From sequence record SRR2962707_2486: 39,164 bases of DNA. One strand, 5' to 3'. The stretch's first letter is position 1. Each line of letters starts with the position of its first letter. The position numbers and the translations under genes were made by a program. Under the pieces are notes generated by a model. It saw only the letters and a list, made by a program, of their open reading frames with translations, did no database searches and was not told the origin of the DNA. This document shows positions 39,138 through 39,164 of this stretch, piece after piece.

Positions 39138-39164
39138 ATATCTTTTGGCCCAAAATATCCCGGG
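39138..39164 (+). repeat. Dispersed intergenic repeat, copy B (subtype 1; truncated by the window end)
   Basis: ATATCTTTTGGCCCAAAATATCCCGGG versus copy A ATATCTTTTGGCTCGTAAATATCCCGGG. Confidence 0.82.

Overview
This window is core-chromosome DNA of a Roseobacter-group / Rhodobacteraceae alphaproteobacterium (inferred from gene content and order; GC roughly mid-50s % by eye). It carries about 35 mostly housekeeping genes: pntB (partial)-pntA, a methyltransferase, a soxH-like MBL, SDRs, a puuD-like gene, glcG-glcB, pepN, an acyltransferase, an SLT, a DUF4034-like protein, gatB, bolA, a J-domain gene, msrB, cobS and cobT, aminopeptidase P, DUF427, a ClC, a TetR/DUF1772 pair, and the end of the dcw cluster (murB-ddl-ftsQ-ftsA-ftsZ-lpxC-bamD-recN). 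I saw no transposase, phage, CRISPR, tRNA or rRNA. The most interesting signals are non-coding. (1) A dispersed, asymmetric intergenic repeat family has 5 copies in 39 kb, in two subtypes: a conserved AT-rich core (TATCTTTTGGC..AAATATCC or TTCATCTTTC..AAATACTC) joined to modular GC hairpins, with subtype-specific orientation relative to transcription. (2) An ATTC-N8-GAAT palindrome (SqrR/SoxR-type) lies directly upstream of the orphan soxH-like gene. (3) A symmetric twin-operator, twin-TTGACA region lies between tetR and DUF1772. All family assignments come from motif recognition; no database searches were run.
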